Positions 9,888-19,016 of a DNA stretch of 61,854 nucleotides are shown here, one piece after another. Every line of letters begins with the position of its first letter. The stretch's first letter is position 1. Source of the stretch: an uncultured Clostridia bacterium (lineage in GTDB: Bacteria > Bacillota > Clostridia > TANB77 > CAG-508). A model generated the notes under the pieces. It was not told where the DNA came from and ran no database searches. It worked only from the letters and a program-made list of their open reading frames with translations. The stretch spans positions 1 through 61,854 of the forward strand of contig CASAUJ010000003.1 of assembly GCA_949118805.1 (NCBI GenBank), written 5' to 3'. The position numbers and the translations under genes were made by a program.

Positions 9888-10373
9888 CTATCTTCTTCTA
9901 CAACACCCTTGATTTGTATTATTACAATTATGATTAGTCGTATTAGGAATAACATTAATTCTTGCACTTAATCCATCTGAATTAGTAATTTGATATGTGC
10001 ATCCACTTTGTTCCTGATTTTGGTTACATCCACAATTCGCATTCGGATTTGTTATACTACTTACTGTTATTGCATTACTATCATGATTATTACAATTACA
10101 TAAACCTTCTCTATTGCAACAACTACAACTACTCAATAATCGACAAAGAAATCTGCCAACAATACATGTTATGTATGCAGTAATTAAACTAATTAAAGCA
10201 TATATGATAGCAGCAATTAAAAAGTTTAGATTGTTAATTACAAAAGTGACAATTAAAAAAATAGCAAAAATGATAGCAGCTACCAAAACAGGACATTTTA
10301 AAATCTTCTGTAAAGCAATAGAAATAATAATGACAGCAATTGGTAGTGCAAAAAATATAAGCAAAGTATTCAT
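9888..10373 (-). CDS. membrane protein with Cys/Asn-rich C-terminal tail
   Basis: 161 aa. Three N-terminal TM helices, then CSCCNREGLCNCNN...CGCNQNQEQSGC...CNNTNQGCCRRR. Confidence 0.5.
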   Translation of the reverse strand: MNTLLIFFALPIAVIIISIALQKILKCPVLVAAIIFAIFLIVTFVINNLNFLIAAIIYALISLITAYITCIVGRFLCRLLSSCSCCNREGLCNCNNHDSNAITVSSITNPNANCGCNQNQEQSGCTYQITNSDGLSARINVIPNTTNHNCNNTNQGCCRRR

Positions 10374-10435
10374 TTGTTTTTCTCCTTTTCCTTTTTGCTA
10401 TATTTTATGCAGAATTCCTGTTATGTGTTAATCTT

Positions 10436-11187
10436 TTATTCATTTTCTTCATACTCCACATTTACCAAATAAAGTCCCTGTGGTGGTAATGTCTTTCCTG
10501 CTTTTTCACGATCTTTGGCTATGATTATATTATAAATTTCTTCAGGTTCTATATTTCCTAATCCTACCTCTACTAGTGTTCCAGCTATAATTCTAACCAT
10601 ATTGTATAAAAATCCATTTCCTGTTAACTCAATCCATATTTTATGATTTTCTTTCTCAATTATTTCCGCTTTATAAATGATTCTTACACTACTTTTTGAA
10701 CTAGTTCCACTTGCTTTAAATGCTTTAAAATCATGTTCTCCCTCAAAATATTGAATGGCTTGTTTCATTCTATTTACATCTAATTTTATTGGAATATGGG
10801 TTTCCAAATTTCGATAAATAGCACTTCCTATCTTCTCATTATTAATGACATATCGATAAGTTTTTCTTTTACAAGATAAACGACTATGAAATCTCTCCTC
10901 TACTTCTTCTGCTGATTTAATCAAAATAGATTTTTTTAAATTACTATTAATTGCAATGGGAAATTTCTCAATTGGAATATTTGAGTTGGTTTTAAAATTT
11001 GCAACTTGTCCGAAGAGCATGAACACCACTATCTGTTCTTCCAGATGCCATCAATTCTATTTTTTCTCCTGTTATTTGTTCAATCGCTTTTTCGATGGTT
11101 CCTTGTATATTTAATTTATTAGGTTGCTTTTGCCACCCGATTAAACTCTTTCCCATCATATTCAATGGTTAGTTTTATATTTCTCAT
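10436..11187 (-). CDS. truA: tRNA pseudouridine(38-40) synthase TruA; needs two +1 shifts at CGG (11137-11139 and 11010-11012)
   Basis: Three consecutive frames give MRNIKLTIEYDGKEFN | GWQKQPNKLNIQGTIEKAIEQITGEKIELMASGRTDSGVHAL | GQVANFKT...(197-aa ORF). The GWQ and GRTDxGVHAxGQV TruA motifs are restored only by skipping the C of each CGG. Confidence 0.85.
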
Positions 11188-11309
11188 ACTTCTTCTTTTC
11201 CTTCTTCATATTTTTGTACTTAGTATAACATATAATAAAAAAAATGTATAGAATCCTTCTTTTTCTAAAAAAGAAAAGCTAGATATAGCATCTAGCTTTC
11301 TCCTCCATG

Positions 11310-11537
11310 CTATGAAGGACTGCTCCAAAATTCTGCTGCAAATTTTCCAACATTAAAGTTGGCATTCTTGTAGTACAGGAAATTCCTTCTTATCTCCACT
11401 TTCACTCCTTTTTCTTCTAAGACTTTTTTCAGATCTTGAATCATTTCTGGATCATTTGTCATTACATGAAGCCAATTCCATTCTTCATCTTCTCTTTCCC
11501 GCTTAGCAGCCTGCTCTTTCTCCTTGAAAGTTCCCAT
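11310..11537 (-). CDS. hypothetical small protein (GC-richer orphan)
   Basis: 75-aa ORF with a GGAGG RBS and a GC-rich hairpin downstream. In-frame CGG at 11499-11501 is read through. Confidence 0.45.
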   Translation of the reverse strand: MGTFKEKEQAAKREREDEEWNWLHVMTNDPEMIQDLKKVLEEKGVKVEIRRNFLYYKNANFNVGKFAAEFWSSPS

Positions 11538-11676
11538 AGCTTAAACCTCCTTTTTGCATGAATCTACAAAATTGTTTCTTATTTATTTTAATATACACAG
11601 AAGCAATTTACAACTATATTCAAATGATAAAGGGAAGACAAAATTCGTCCTCCCCTTTCCATGTTTACTTTACTGA

Positions 11677-11958
11677 CTATCTCCAGGCTTCTCTTACTTT
11701 TTGTGCAATTTTGCTATTGGGATAAATTGCTGTCACCTTTCTTCCCTCCACTGTTGCTTCTTCTGATCCATACATCTCCAAGCTTGTCTTAACCTGTTGT
11801 ATACAATACTTCAGGGCGGGTTCTTTCACGATTACCTCTAATGTAACAATTCTCCCTTTACTTGGCTCACACAATTTTACAGACTTCAACGCATCCTTTT
11901 TCTGCGCTTCAAAGTAATCTTCAATGCATTTCGTTGTCTTTTTACAGAATAATCCCAT
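11677..11958 (-). CDS. hypothetical small protein (GC-richer orphan)
   Basis: 93-aa ORF with an AGGAGGA RBS and a hairpin downstream. Confidence 0.45.
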   Translation of the reverse strand: MGLFCKKTTKCIEDYFEAQKKDALKSVKLCEPSKGRIVTLEVIVKEPALKYCIQQVKTSLEMYGSEEATVEGRKVTAIYPNSKIAQKVREAWR

Positions 11959-12075
11959 TATGTCCTCCTATGTATCATGGATTTTCTAAAAGTTTCTATC
12001 CTATATTTTAACATATTTTCTGTAAAATTTCAAATATACTAGATTCAACAAAAAAAGTTGCTAAGTTGCAACTTT

Positions 12076-13008
12076 TTATTCCTCTTCTTTTAGTTCCGAT
12101 TCTTCCTTCTTTTTTGTATCCTCTTTTATCTTTTTCAATTGATCTTTTCTTTCTTTTTTCTCAACAGTAAATCTTTTTGTCACAATATTACTAATTAATA
12201 TTTTCTTCAAAACGTCTTCTCTTACATCAGCAATTAAAGTACCATCTTTGGCTACTGATATTTTTCCCGTTTCTTCTGATACTACTACTACAATACTATC
12301 TGATTCTTTTGATATTCCAATTGCCGCTCTATGTCTTGTCCCTAACTCTTTCGCAATATCTTTATCATCTGCAAGTGGTAATACACACGCTGCTGCTGCT
12401 ATCTTATTACCAGCAATTACAACTGCACCATCATGCAAAGGTGTTTTTGGTTCAAAAATATTCACTAACAATTGTGGAGATACCTCTGCTTCCATTGGAA
12501 TTCCAGTGGCTATAATATCTTGTATTTTAATATCTCTTTCTAATACAATCAAAGCCCCTGTTTTTGCTTTTGAAAGTTCTGTTGCTGCAATGACTACTTT
12601 GTAAATATCTTCCTTTGTTTTGGTTGATACATCTTTATCAATTCCAAAAAAACGTGTCAACTTATTGGTTCCTAATTGCTCTAATCCTCTTCTTAACTCT
12701 GGCTGAAAAATAACAATAATAGCAATGACTCCTAAATTCATAATGCCTGTTAAAATCCAATTTAAAATTTTCAAATTAAATAATCCACTTGCCCAAGTTG
12801 CTATAATCAAAAGCACAATTCCTTTGATTAACTGCCAAGCTCTTGATCCTTTAACCACTTTAAAAAAGCAATACAATAAAAATATTACAATTGCCAGATC
12901 TAATATAAGAGTAATTAATTCAAATGGATTCCCTTGTAGAGATTTTATATAAGATACAATATTGTCTTTATAAAAATTTTCCCAATTCATTCCTAAATTT
13001 ATTACCAT
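12076..13008 (-). CDS. cdaA: diadenylate cyclase CdaA (DisA_N domain) with Lys/Glu-rich C-terminal tail
   Basis: Three N-terminal TM helices plus GALIVLERD...TPLHDGAVVI...GTRHRAAIGISE DAC motifs. Confidence 0.85.
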   Translation of the reverse strand: MVINLGMNWENFYKDNIVSYIKSLQGNPFELITLILDLAIVIFLLYCFFKVVKGSRAWQLIKGIVLLIIATWASGLFNLKILNWILTGIMNLGVIAIIVIFQPELRRGLEQLGTNKLTRFFGIDKDVSTKTKEDIYKVVIAATELSKAKTGALIVLERDIKIQDIIATGIPMEAEVSPQLLVNIFEPKTPLHDGAVVIAGNKIAAAACVLPLADDKDIAKELGTRHRAAIGISKESDSIVVVVSEETGKISVAKDGTLIADVREDVLKKILISNIVTKRFTVEKKERKDQLKKIKEDTKKKEESELKEEE

Positions 13009-13020
13009 CCAATTCTCCTT

Positions 13021-13149
13021 TTATCCCATTAATGCATATACAAGTGTTATTCCTGTTCCTGCTAACATTAAAAGCACTAAGATTCCTGCCATAATTTTAG
13101 CAAATAATTTTCCTTTGTCATAACTTGATTTATTTTCTTTCTTTTTCAT
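13021..13149 (-). CDS. possible 42-aa small membrane protein upstream of cdaA
   Basis: MKKKENKSSYDKGKLFAKIMAGILVLLMLAGTGITLVYALMG. It is below the ORF-track size cut-off and was found by hand translation. Confidence 0.3.
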   Translation of the reverse strand: MKKKENKSSYDKGKLFAKIMAGILVLLMLAGTGITLVYALMG

Positions 13150-13233
13150 TTTATTTCATCCTTCTTTCTTTTTCTTTCTCCTTTTATTATAACATATTCT
13201 TTTGAATTTTCAATTCTTTTCAATTTTTATTTT

Positions 13234-14557
13234 CTATTTCCTTACTTCTAATATAACCGCTTCCTTTTGTACTGGGCTTTTTGAAATTTTAATTATTTCT
13301 TTTATTTTTTCTCTTGCCTCTTTCAATTTTTCCTCATGATTTGCATGAATATACGCTAAAATTTCTTTTTTTTGTACTTTTTCTGCCACCTTTTTATGAA
13401 ATACAATTCCTACTGCTAGATCGATTTTATCTTCTTTCTTTTCTCTTCCAGCCCCCAACATCCCCACTAATTTTCCAACTTCTTTACTATTGATTTCTTG
13501 TATATAACCTTCTTCTTCACAAAAGACTGGTTCTCTATACTTTGCCTTTGGTAATTTTTCTAAATCCTCTATGGCGGTTATATCGCCTCCTTGTTGCTTT
13601 ACTAATTGTAAAAATTTCTCATATGCTTTTCCATTTTTTATTTGTGTTAATAAATTATTTCTATTTTCTTCTAAATTTTCTCCTTTACCAGCTAATTTTA
13701 TCATATAACTTCCAAGTTCTATTACGACTTGTTTTAAATCTTCTGGCATTTCTCCTTTTAAAAACTTAACAGCTTCCTTTACCTCTAAAGAATTTCCGAC
13801 CGCATATCCTAATGGTTCATTCATATTGGTCAAAACACAAATCGTTTCTCGATTGGCTAACTTTCCTATTTGTATCATAGTATTGGATAATTTTCTCGCC
13901 TCTGTCAAATTTTGCATAAAAGCACCTTTTCCTACTGTCACATCTAAAACTATTTTTTGTGCACCACTTGCAATCTTTTTACTCATGATACTAGAAGCAA
14001 TTAATGGAATACTCTCTACACAAGCTATACTATCACGCAAAGCATATAATTTTTTATCCGCTGGCGCTAAATTCAAAGTTTGAGAAATCAAACTAATTCC
14101 AATTTCTTCTACATTTTTTATAAACTCCTTTATTCCTATTTCTGTTCGATAACCTGGAATTGCCTCCAATTTATCTATGGTTCCCCCTGTAAATCCTAAT
14201 CCTCTACCTGACATTTTAGCTACTGGTATTCCGAAAAGAACTTACTAATGGCAACAAAATCAAAGAAACCTTGTCCCCTACGCCTCCTGTCGAGTGTTTA
14301 TCCACAATAATTCCTTTTAGTGTGGATAAATCTAAAATTTCTCCTGAATGTGCCATGGCTAATGTTAAATCGGTTGTTTCCTGATCTGAAATTCCATTTA
14401 AAAATATTGCCATAATAAATGCTGCCGCTTGATAATCTTGTATCTTTCCCTTTGTATATTCCATGATAAAATATTCAATTTCTTCTTTGCTTAATTCTTG
14501 TTTCCTTTTCTTTTTCTCTATGATCTCTATTCCATTCATGTTTATAATCCTTCCCAA
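13234..14557 (-). CDS. pdp: pyrimidine-nucleoside phosphorylase; needs a +1 shift at CGG 14231-14233
   Basis: The 113-aa N-terminal ORF (…HSTGGVGDKVSLILLPLVSSF) and the 326-aa ORF (MSGRGLGFTGGTIDKLE…) join as ...LVSSF|GIPVAKMSGRGLG when the C of TTT-CGG-A is skipped. Confidence 0.85.
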
Positions 14558-14561
14558 AACC

Positions 14562-15197
14562 TTATTTTATCTCGATAAAATTTTTGGTAAAACTTTTTCT
14601 ATGAATTGGACACAGTCCATATTCACGAATCGCTGAAATATGCTTTGCTGTTCCATATCCTTTATGAGTTATAAAACCATATTGTGGATAAATTTCATCC
14701 CATTGCCTCATTATTCTATCTCTTGTTACTTTTGCTATGATAGATGCTGCAGCAATATTATAACATTTGGCATCTCCTTTAATCATAGACTCATAAGGAA
14801 TTCCTTTGGTATCTATATGCGTTAAAGCATCTACTACAATCAGATCTGGTTTTACTTCTAATCCTTCTACTACTTTGCTAACTCCCTGTTTCGTAGCATT
14901 TAAAATATTGATTTCATCAATTACATCTTGTCCTATAATAGCAACTGAATAACTAATCGCCTCTTCTAAAATTAAATCATATAATTTTTCTCTCTTCTTC
15001 TCTGTTACTTTTTTAGAATCATTCACTCCTTCTATCATCGAACCTTGTGGCATAATTACTCCTGCCACTACAACGGGACCTGCTAAGGGGCCTCTTCCTG
15101 CTTCATCAATTCCCGCTATTTTTTCAAACCCTTTTTGATACCAATCTTTTTCTATTTCTTTTAATTTTGTTAATCTTTCTATTTCTTTTTCCTTCAT
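14562..15197 (-). CDS. rnhB: ribonuclease HII
   Basis: GIDEAGRGPLAGPVV...DSKK...KGD...ASIIAK motifs. 211 aa. Confidence 0.9.
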   Translation of the reverse strand: MKEKEIERLTKLKEIEKDWYQKGFEKIAGIDEAGRGPLAGPVVVAGVIMPQGSMIEGVNDSKKVTEKKREKLYDLILEEAISYSVAIIGQDVIDEINILNATKQGVSKVVEGLEVKPDLIVVDALTHIDTKGIPYESMIKGDAKCYNIAAASIIAKVTRDRIMRQWDEIYPQYGFITHKGYGTAKHISAIREYGLCPIHRKSFTKNFIEIK

Positions 15198-15217
15198 TTT
15201 GATTTTCCTTTCAATGT

Positions 15218-15715
15218 CTATTCTTGTATATTATCTATTTCTTTTAAAGAATATTTTCCCTCATATCCTTTGGTATTATAAACTTCCACTGCTAAATTTG
15301 TTTCATCAAATTGAATTAGATATTTCTCATTTTCTTCTATTTCTATTTTGTTCAATCCCCATTTTTCTTGTGTAGCTGGGGTTAGCCAATAACATGTTGT
15401 GCTATCTTCAATCGCAAATTCTGTTGGAATTGTTTCTGCCTTTTCTAATTGTGCCCCTGTCTCACTCTCATATATTTCTTGTCGAACCTCTATCTTTTTC
15501 TCTTCATTAGGATTAATTCCCATTTTAAAAGTCGCTTCTTCTACATATGATTTTGCCTTTGCTTGAATCAATAACATATTCGTTTTTAGTTCTTCTAATT
15601 TAGCCTTTCTTATCACATTTCCTCCACTTGAAATTGCAATCCCTGCTAAAATGATCAATACTACTACTGTTATTGTTAATGTAATTAAAGTAATTCCTTT
15701 ATTTTTATTTTCCAT
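15218..15715 (-). CDS. pilin/pseudopilin-like protein (prepilin-type hydrophobic N-terminus, no Glu+5)
   Basis: MENKNKGITLITLTITVVVLIILAGIAI N-terminus. Start set at the internal ATG with a GAAAGGA RBS. Confidence 0.6.
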   Translation of the reverse strand: MENKNKGITLITLTITVVVLIILAGIAISSGGNVIRKAKLEELKTNMLLIQAKAKSYVEEATFKMGINPNEEKKIEVRQEIYESETGAQLEKAETIPTEFAIEDSTTCYWLTPATQEKWGLNKIEIEENEKYLIQFDETNLAVEVYNTKGYEGKYSLKEIDNIQE

Positions 15716-15876
15716 ATAAAGATCCTTTCTTCTTTTATTTCTTACATTATATATTTTTATCTTAATATTTTCAATACAAAGGCAAATTTTTTTCACACAA
15801 ATTTCACAAACCTATTGTATTATATCAGCATAATAGGTTATTATATTAATAGTTATTTATTAGGAGGTTTTACAAA

Positions 15877-17130
15877 ATGGAAGAAAAAGAAGAAAAAAAT
15901 CAAAATTTTAAAACAGTCCAAAACCCTAATACATATAAGACCATGTATCAAAATAATATGACTACAAAAAAAGTAGGTTTTGGAAAAACGATTTTATTAC
16001 CATTTTTTAGCGGTGTTGTAGGATCTGCTCTTGTATTAGGCACTTGTTTTGGGATTCCATCCATTCGCTCTCAATTATTCAAAACAAATACTTCTACTGG
16101 AACTACTACAAACATTCAAAATACAGGTTATGTCACACAAACTTCACTTTCTAATTATTCTGACACTTCTGTATATGCAGCCAATAAAATTCTACCATCC
16201 ATTGTAGGAATTACAGTAGAATATAATGTAAACAATTCTTTTCTATCGGTGTTTAATAGGCAACCACAAACTAGTACCGCAGAGGCAACTGGTTCTGGTA
16301 TTATTATTAGTGAGGATGGTTATATTTTAACGAACAATCATATTGTGGCTACCTCTTCTTCAGATTCTTATTATGAAGTATCAGAAGCTACTAAAGTGAC
16401 TGTTACTTTATTCAATGATGAAACAGAATATGAAGCAAAAATTATAGGAACTGATGAACAAACTGATCTAGCGGTTATTAAAATCGAAAAAACAGGGCTT
16501 TCAAAAGCAGAATTTGCTGATTCTGATAATATTAAAGTAGGGGAATTTGCAATGGCTGTTGGAAATCCTTTAGGTATGCAAAGTAGTATTACTTGTGGTG
16601 TTATCAGTGCTATAAACCGAGAAGTTACAGATTCAGATGGAAAGAAATTTACTTTAATTCAAACCGATGCGGCAATCAATTCTGGTAATAGTGGTGGTGC
16701 TTTAGTAAACGGAGAAGGAAAAGTAATTGGTATTAATACTTTAAAACTTTCTGGAACAGGAATTGAAGGAATGGGATTTGCCATTCCAATTAACTCTACT
16801 ACTGATATTACTTCTCAATTAATTCAATATAGTAAGGTAAAAAGACCTTATGTTGGAATTTCTGGAATGGATTTAACAGAAAACTTAGCAAAAGCCAATA
16901 ATTTAGTCGTTGGTATTTATATTAAATCAATTGATGATTTCTCTGCTGCGGAGAAAGCTGGCTTAAAAGTAGGAGATGTCATTATCGAAGCAGATGGTAA
17001 AAAAGTAACAAAAATGGATGAATTAAATGCCATCAAAAACGCTCATCAAATTGGAGAAGAAATGAAAATCAAAGTAAACCGTAATGGACAAGAAAAAGAA
17101 TTAACGATTGTTTTAGGTGAACAGCCTTAA
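15877..17130 (+). CDS. HtrA/DegP-like trypsin-family serine protease with PDZ domain
   Basis: TNNHIV, DLAVIKI and GNSGGALV catalytic-triad motifs plus a C-terminal PDZ. One N-terminal TM segment. Confidence 0.85.
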   Translation: MEEKEEKNQNFKTVQNPNTYKTMYQNNMTTKKVGFGKTILLPFFSGVVGSALVLGTCFGIPSIRSQLFKTNTSTGTTTNIQNTGYVTQTSLSNYSDTSVYAANKILPSIVGITVEYNVNNSFLSVFNRQPQTSTAEATGSGIIISEDGYILTNNHIVATSSSDSYYEVSEATKVTVTLFNDETEYEAKIIGTDEQTDLAVIKIEKTGLSKAEFADSDNIKVGEFAMAVGNPLGMQSSITCGVISAINREVTDSDGKKFTLIQTDAAINSGNSGGALVNGEGKVIGINTLKLSGTGIEGMGFAIPINSTTDITSQLIQYSKVKRPYVGISGMDLTENLAKANNLVVGIYIKSIDDFSAAEKAGLKVGDVIIEADGKKVTKMDELNAIKNAHQIGEEMKIKVNRNGQEKELTIVLGEQP

Positions 17131-17140
17131 AAAACGGGAA

Positions 17141-17176
17141 AACCCTAGTTGCAGTACACTGCTAACTAGGGTTTTT
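17141..17176. terminator. bidirectional terminator hairpin
   Basis: AACCCTAGTTGCAG-TACA-CTGCTAACTAGGGTT followed by TTTT. Confidence 0.6.
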
Positions 17177-17180
17177 GGGC

Positions 17181-17465
17181 TTAGAATTCCATTTCTTTCA
17201 GTAAGAACGGCACCTGTATTTCAATGTATTCGCTCTCGTTGACAACCCAACCTACGCTACTCAATTCCTGTAACAGGCCGAAGTCCACTTTTTCACCAGG
17301 AAATTCTTCTTTCCTCATTATGACGGCTCTGTCTTTCAGCTGTTCGAACATGAAATCAATTGCGTTCTCGAAGATTTCTCGCTGTCTGCAGACCTCATGG
17401 CTTTCTGCCTCATTCTCATCTTCGCCTTCTCCAACTGCAATCACGCCATTGTACTTTAAAGACAC
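17181..17465 (-). CDS. hypothetical protein (GC-richer; probably the 3' part of a decayed longer gene)
   Basis: 94-aa ORF starting at GTG. The same frame is open upstream without a start codon. An ATG-initiated ORF further upstream is offset across a T7 run (~17530). Confidence 0.35.
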   Translation of the reverse strand: MSLKYNGVIAVGEGEDENEAESHEVCRQREIFENAIDFMFEQLKDRAVIMRKEEFPGEKVDFGLLQELSSVGWVVNESEYIEIQVPFLLKEMEF

Positions 17466-17809
17466 TCGCCAGTATTCCCGAAGGATTTTCTTCTTTTCAC
17501 GATCTGGCGTCCTTAAAATGAAGATACGCTCCTAAAAAAACTCACCTTAGCCATTTTTTTCCCTCGTCCACTACTATTCTTCATGGACTCTCCTTTTTTA
17601 TTTGCTTAGCTATTGGCTATGCATATCTATATTATAGCACATTTTACATAATTCTTCAATCCTTAATAAATTATTCACTTTTCGTTCACACAATGGACAA
17701 ACTCTGCTGTTAAAATACAATCATAGTCAGTGAGAGATTACTGACTCTAAATTAAAAACATCCCCTTTTATTTTCAAAAAAAGAAAGAGAATTTCCTCTC
17801 TTTCTTTTT

Positions 17810-18667
17810 TTATAGAATTACCAAATCCATTTCACTTGTAAAATTTTCATTTCCATAAGCATAGATAAGATACAAAGTATCTTTTGTTATATAAAATACT
17901 TTTGAATTTTCTACTTCATATCTTTTGCTTGTGATGTCTCGACTATATATGTTATATCCTATATTTTTTAAATCTTCTACTTTTTTTTGTTCCTTTTGAA
18001 TTTTATTTCTGATTTTTTGCTGTACTTCAAATGGTTCCATATTTTCTATTCTTAATACTTCTTCTAGACTAATTTCTTTGTTATTTCTTAAATCATAATT
18101 AAAAGTTTCGATAATAACTCTTTGTGCATTTGCTCCTTCTTTTAATTGGGAACGAATCATTAAAGATAAAATATCATTTTGTACATTTGCTACATATTCC
18201 ACATTGTAAATTATATTTTTATTTTGTGTTTGTATCACTTGGTTTAGTTTTTGGATAAAAGTTTCGATTTCTTGATTATATTCTTCTATTTTGGGATGAT
18301 CTATATTAATATATGGAATTTGTACTTCTATGTCATAATCATTTTCTTTTTTCTCTTTTCTTTCTATTTTGGTATATACAAGTGATTTATCGTTTTCTTT
18401 TTTCTTATTATCATGTCCTTCTCTATTTTCAATTTGATTCGTAAAGATATGTTCAAACTCTAATTCTAAATTTTCTATTTGTTCTTCTGTTTTATTTCCT
18501 AATTTTGTTTCTGTTTCAAAACCGAGTAATCTTCCAATCTCTATTCTAGCATAAAATTGAACATAGAAAGCAACAATAATAGCAATTACACAGGTTATTA
18601 CAATTGCACTATAAATCGTAATTTGTTTTTTGCTTAAAGCTTTTTCTTCTGGCAAAATTACTTTCAT
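17810..18667 (-). CDS. membrane-anchored hypothetical protein
   Basis: 285 aa with one N-terminal TM and a Lys/Glu/Asn-rich ectodomain. Family not recognised. Confidence 0.5.
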   Translation of the reverse strand: MKVILPEEKALSKKQITIYSAIVITCVIAIIVAFYVQFYARIEIGRLLGFETETKLGNKTEEQIENLELEFEHIFTNQIENREGHDNKKKENDKSLVYTKIERKEKKENDYDIEVQIPYINIDHPKIEEYNQEIETFIQKLNQVIQTQNKNIIYNVEYVANVQNDILSLMIRSQLKEGANAQRVIIETFNYDLRNNKEISLEEVLRIENMEPFEVQQKIRNKIQKEQKKVEDLKNIGYNIYSRDITSKRYEVENSKVFYITKDTLYLIYAYGNENFTSEMDLVIL

Positions 18668-18945
18668 TCCAATTCCTCTTTCTCATTTTTTTCAAATTAT
18701 ACCATGTTTTCTTTTTTTTGCCAAGAGAGAATGCTTATTTCAATAAGTTTCTATAAATGACATCCTCCTATTTAGGAACTTCTTCTCCTTCCATCTTTTC
18801 TATCTTAAAATCCCCTTTCCTCCCTTTTATTTTTTTCTTATTTTTACAGAATCTCTTATTTCCCTTCCAGAAAAATCTCTTTTATTTTTGTTTCAGAAAA
18901 TAAATAAATTATTCTTCCAATCTTTATCAAATTTAATTGAAATCA

Positions 18946-18974
18946 TTGACTATTTCCTAGTTTTGCGATATGAT
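18946..18974 (+). promoter_or_regulatory. putative sigma-A promoter of the clpC-like gene
   Basis: TTGACT-17 nt-TATGAT, about 45 nt upstream of the start. Confidence 0.5.
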
Positions 18975-19016
18975 ATTATAGATTAAATTTAAATAGAAAT
19001 GAGGAATTAAAAACGT

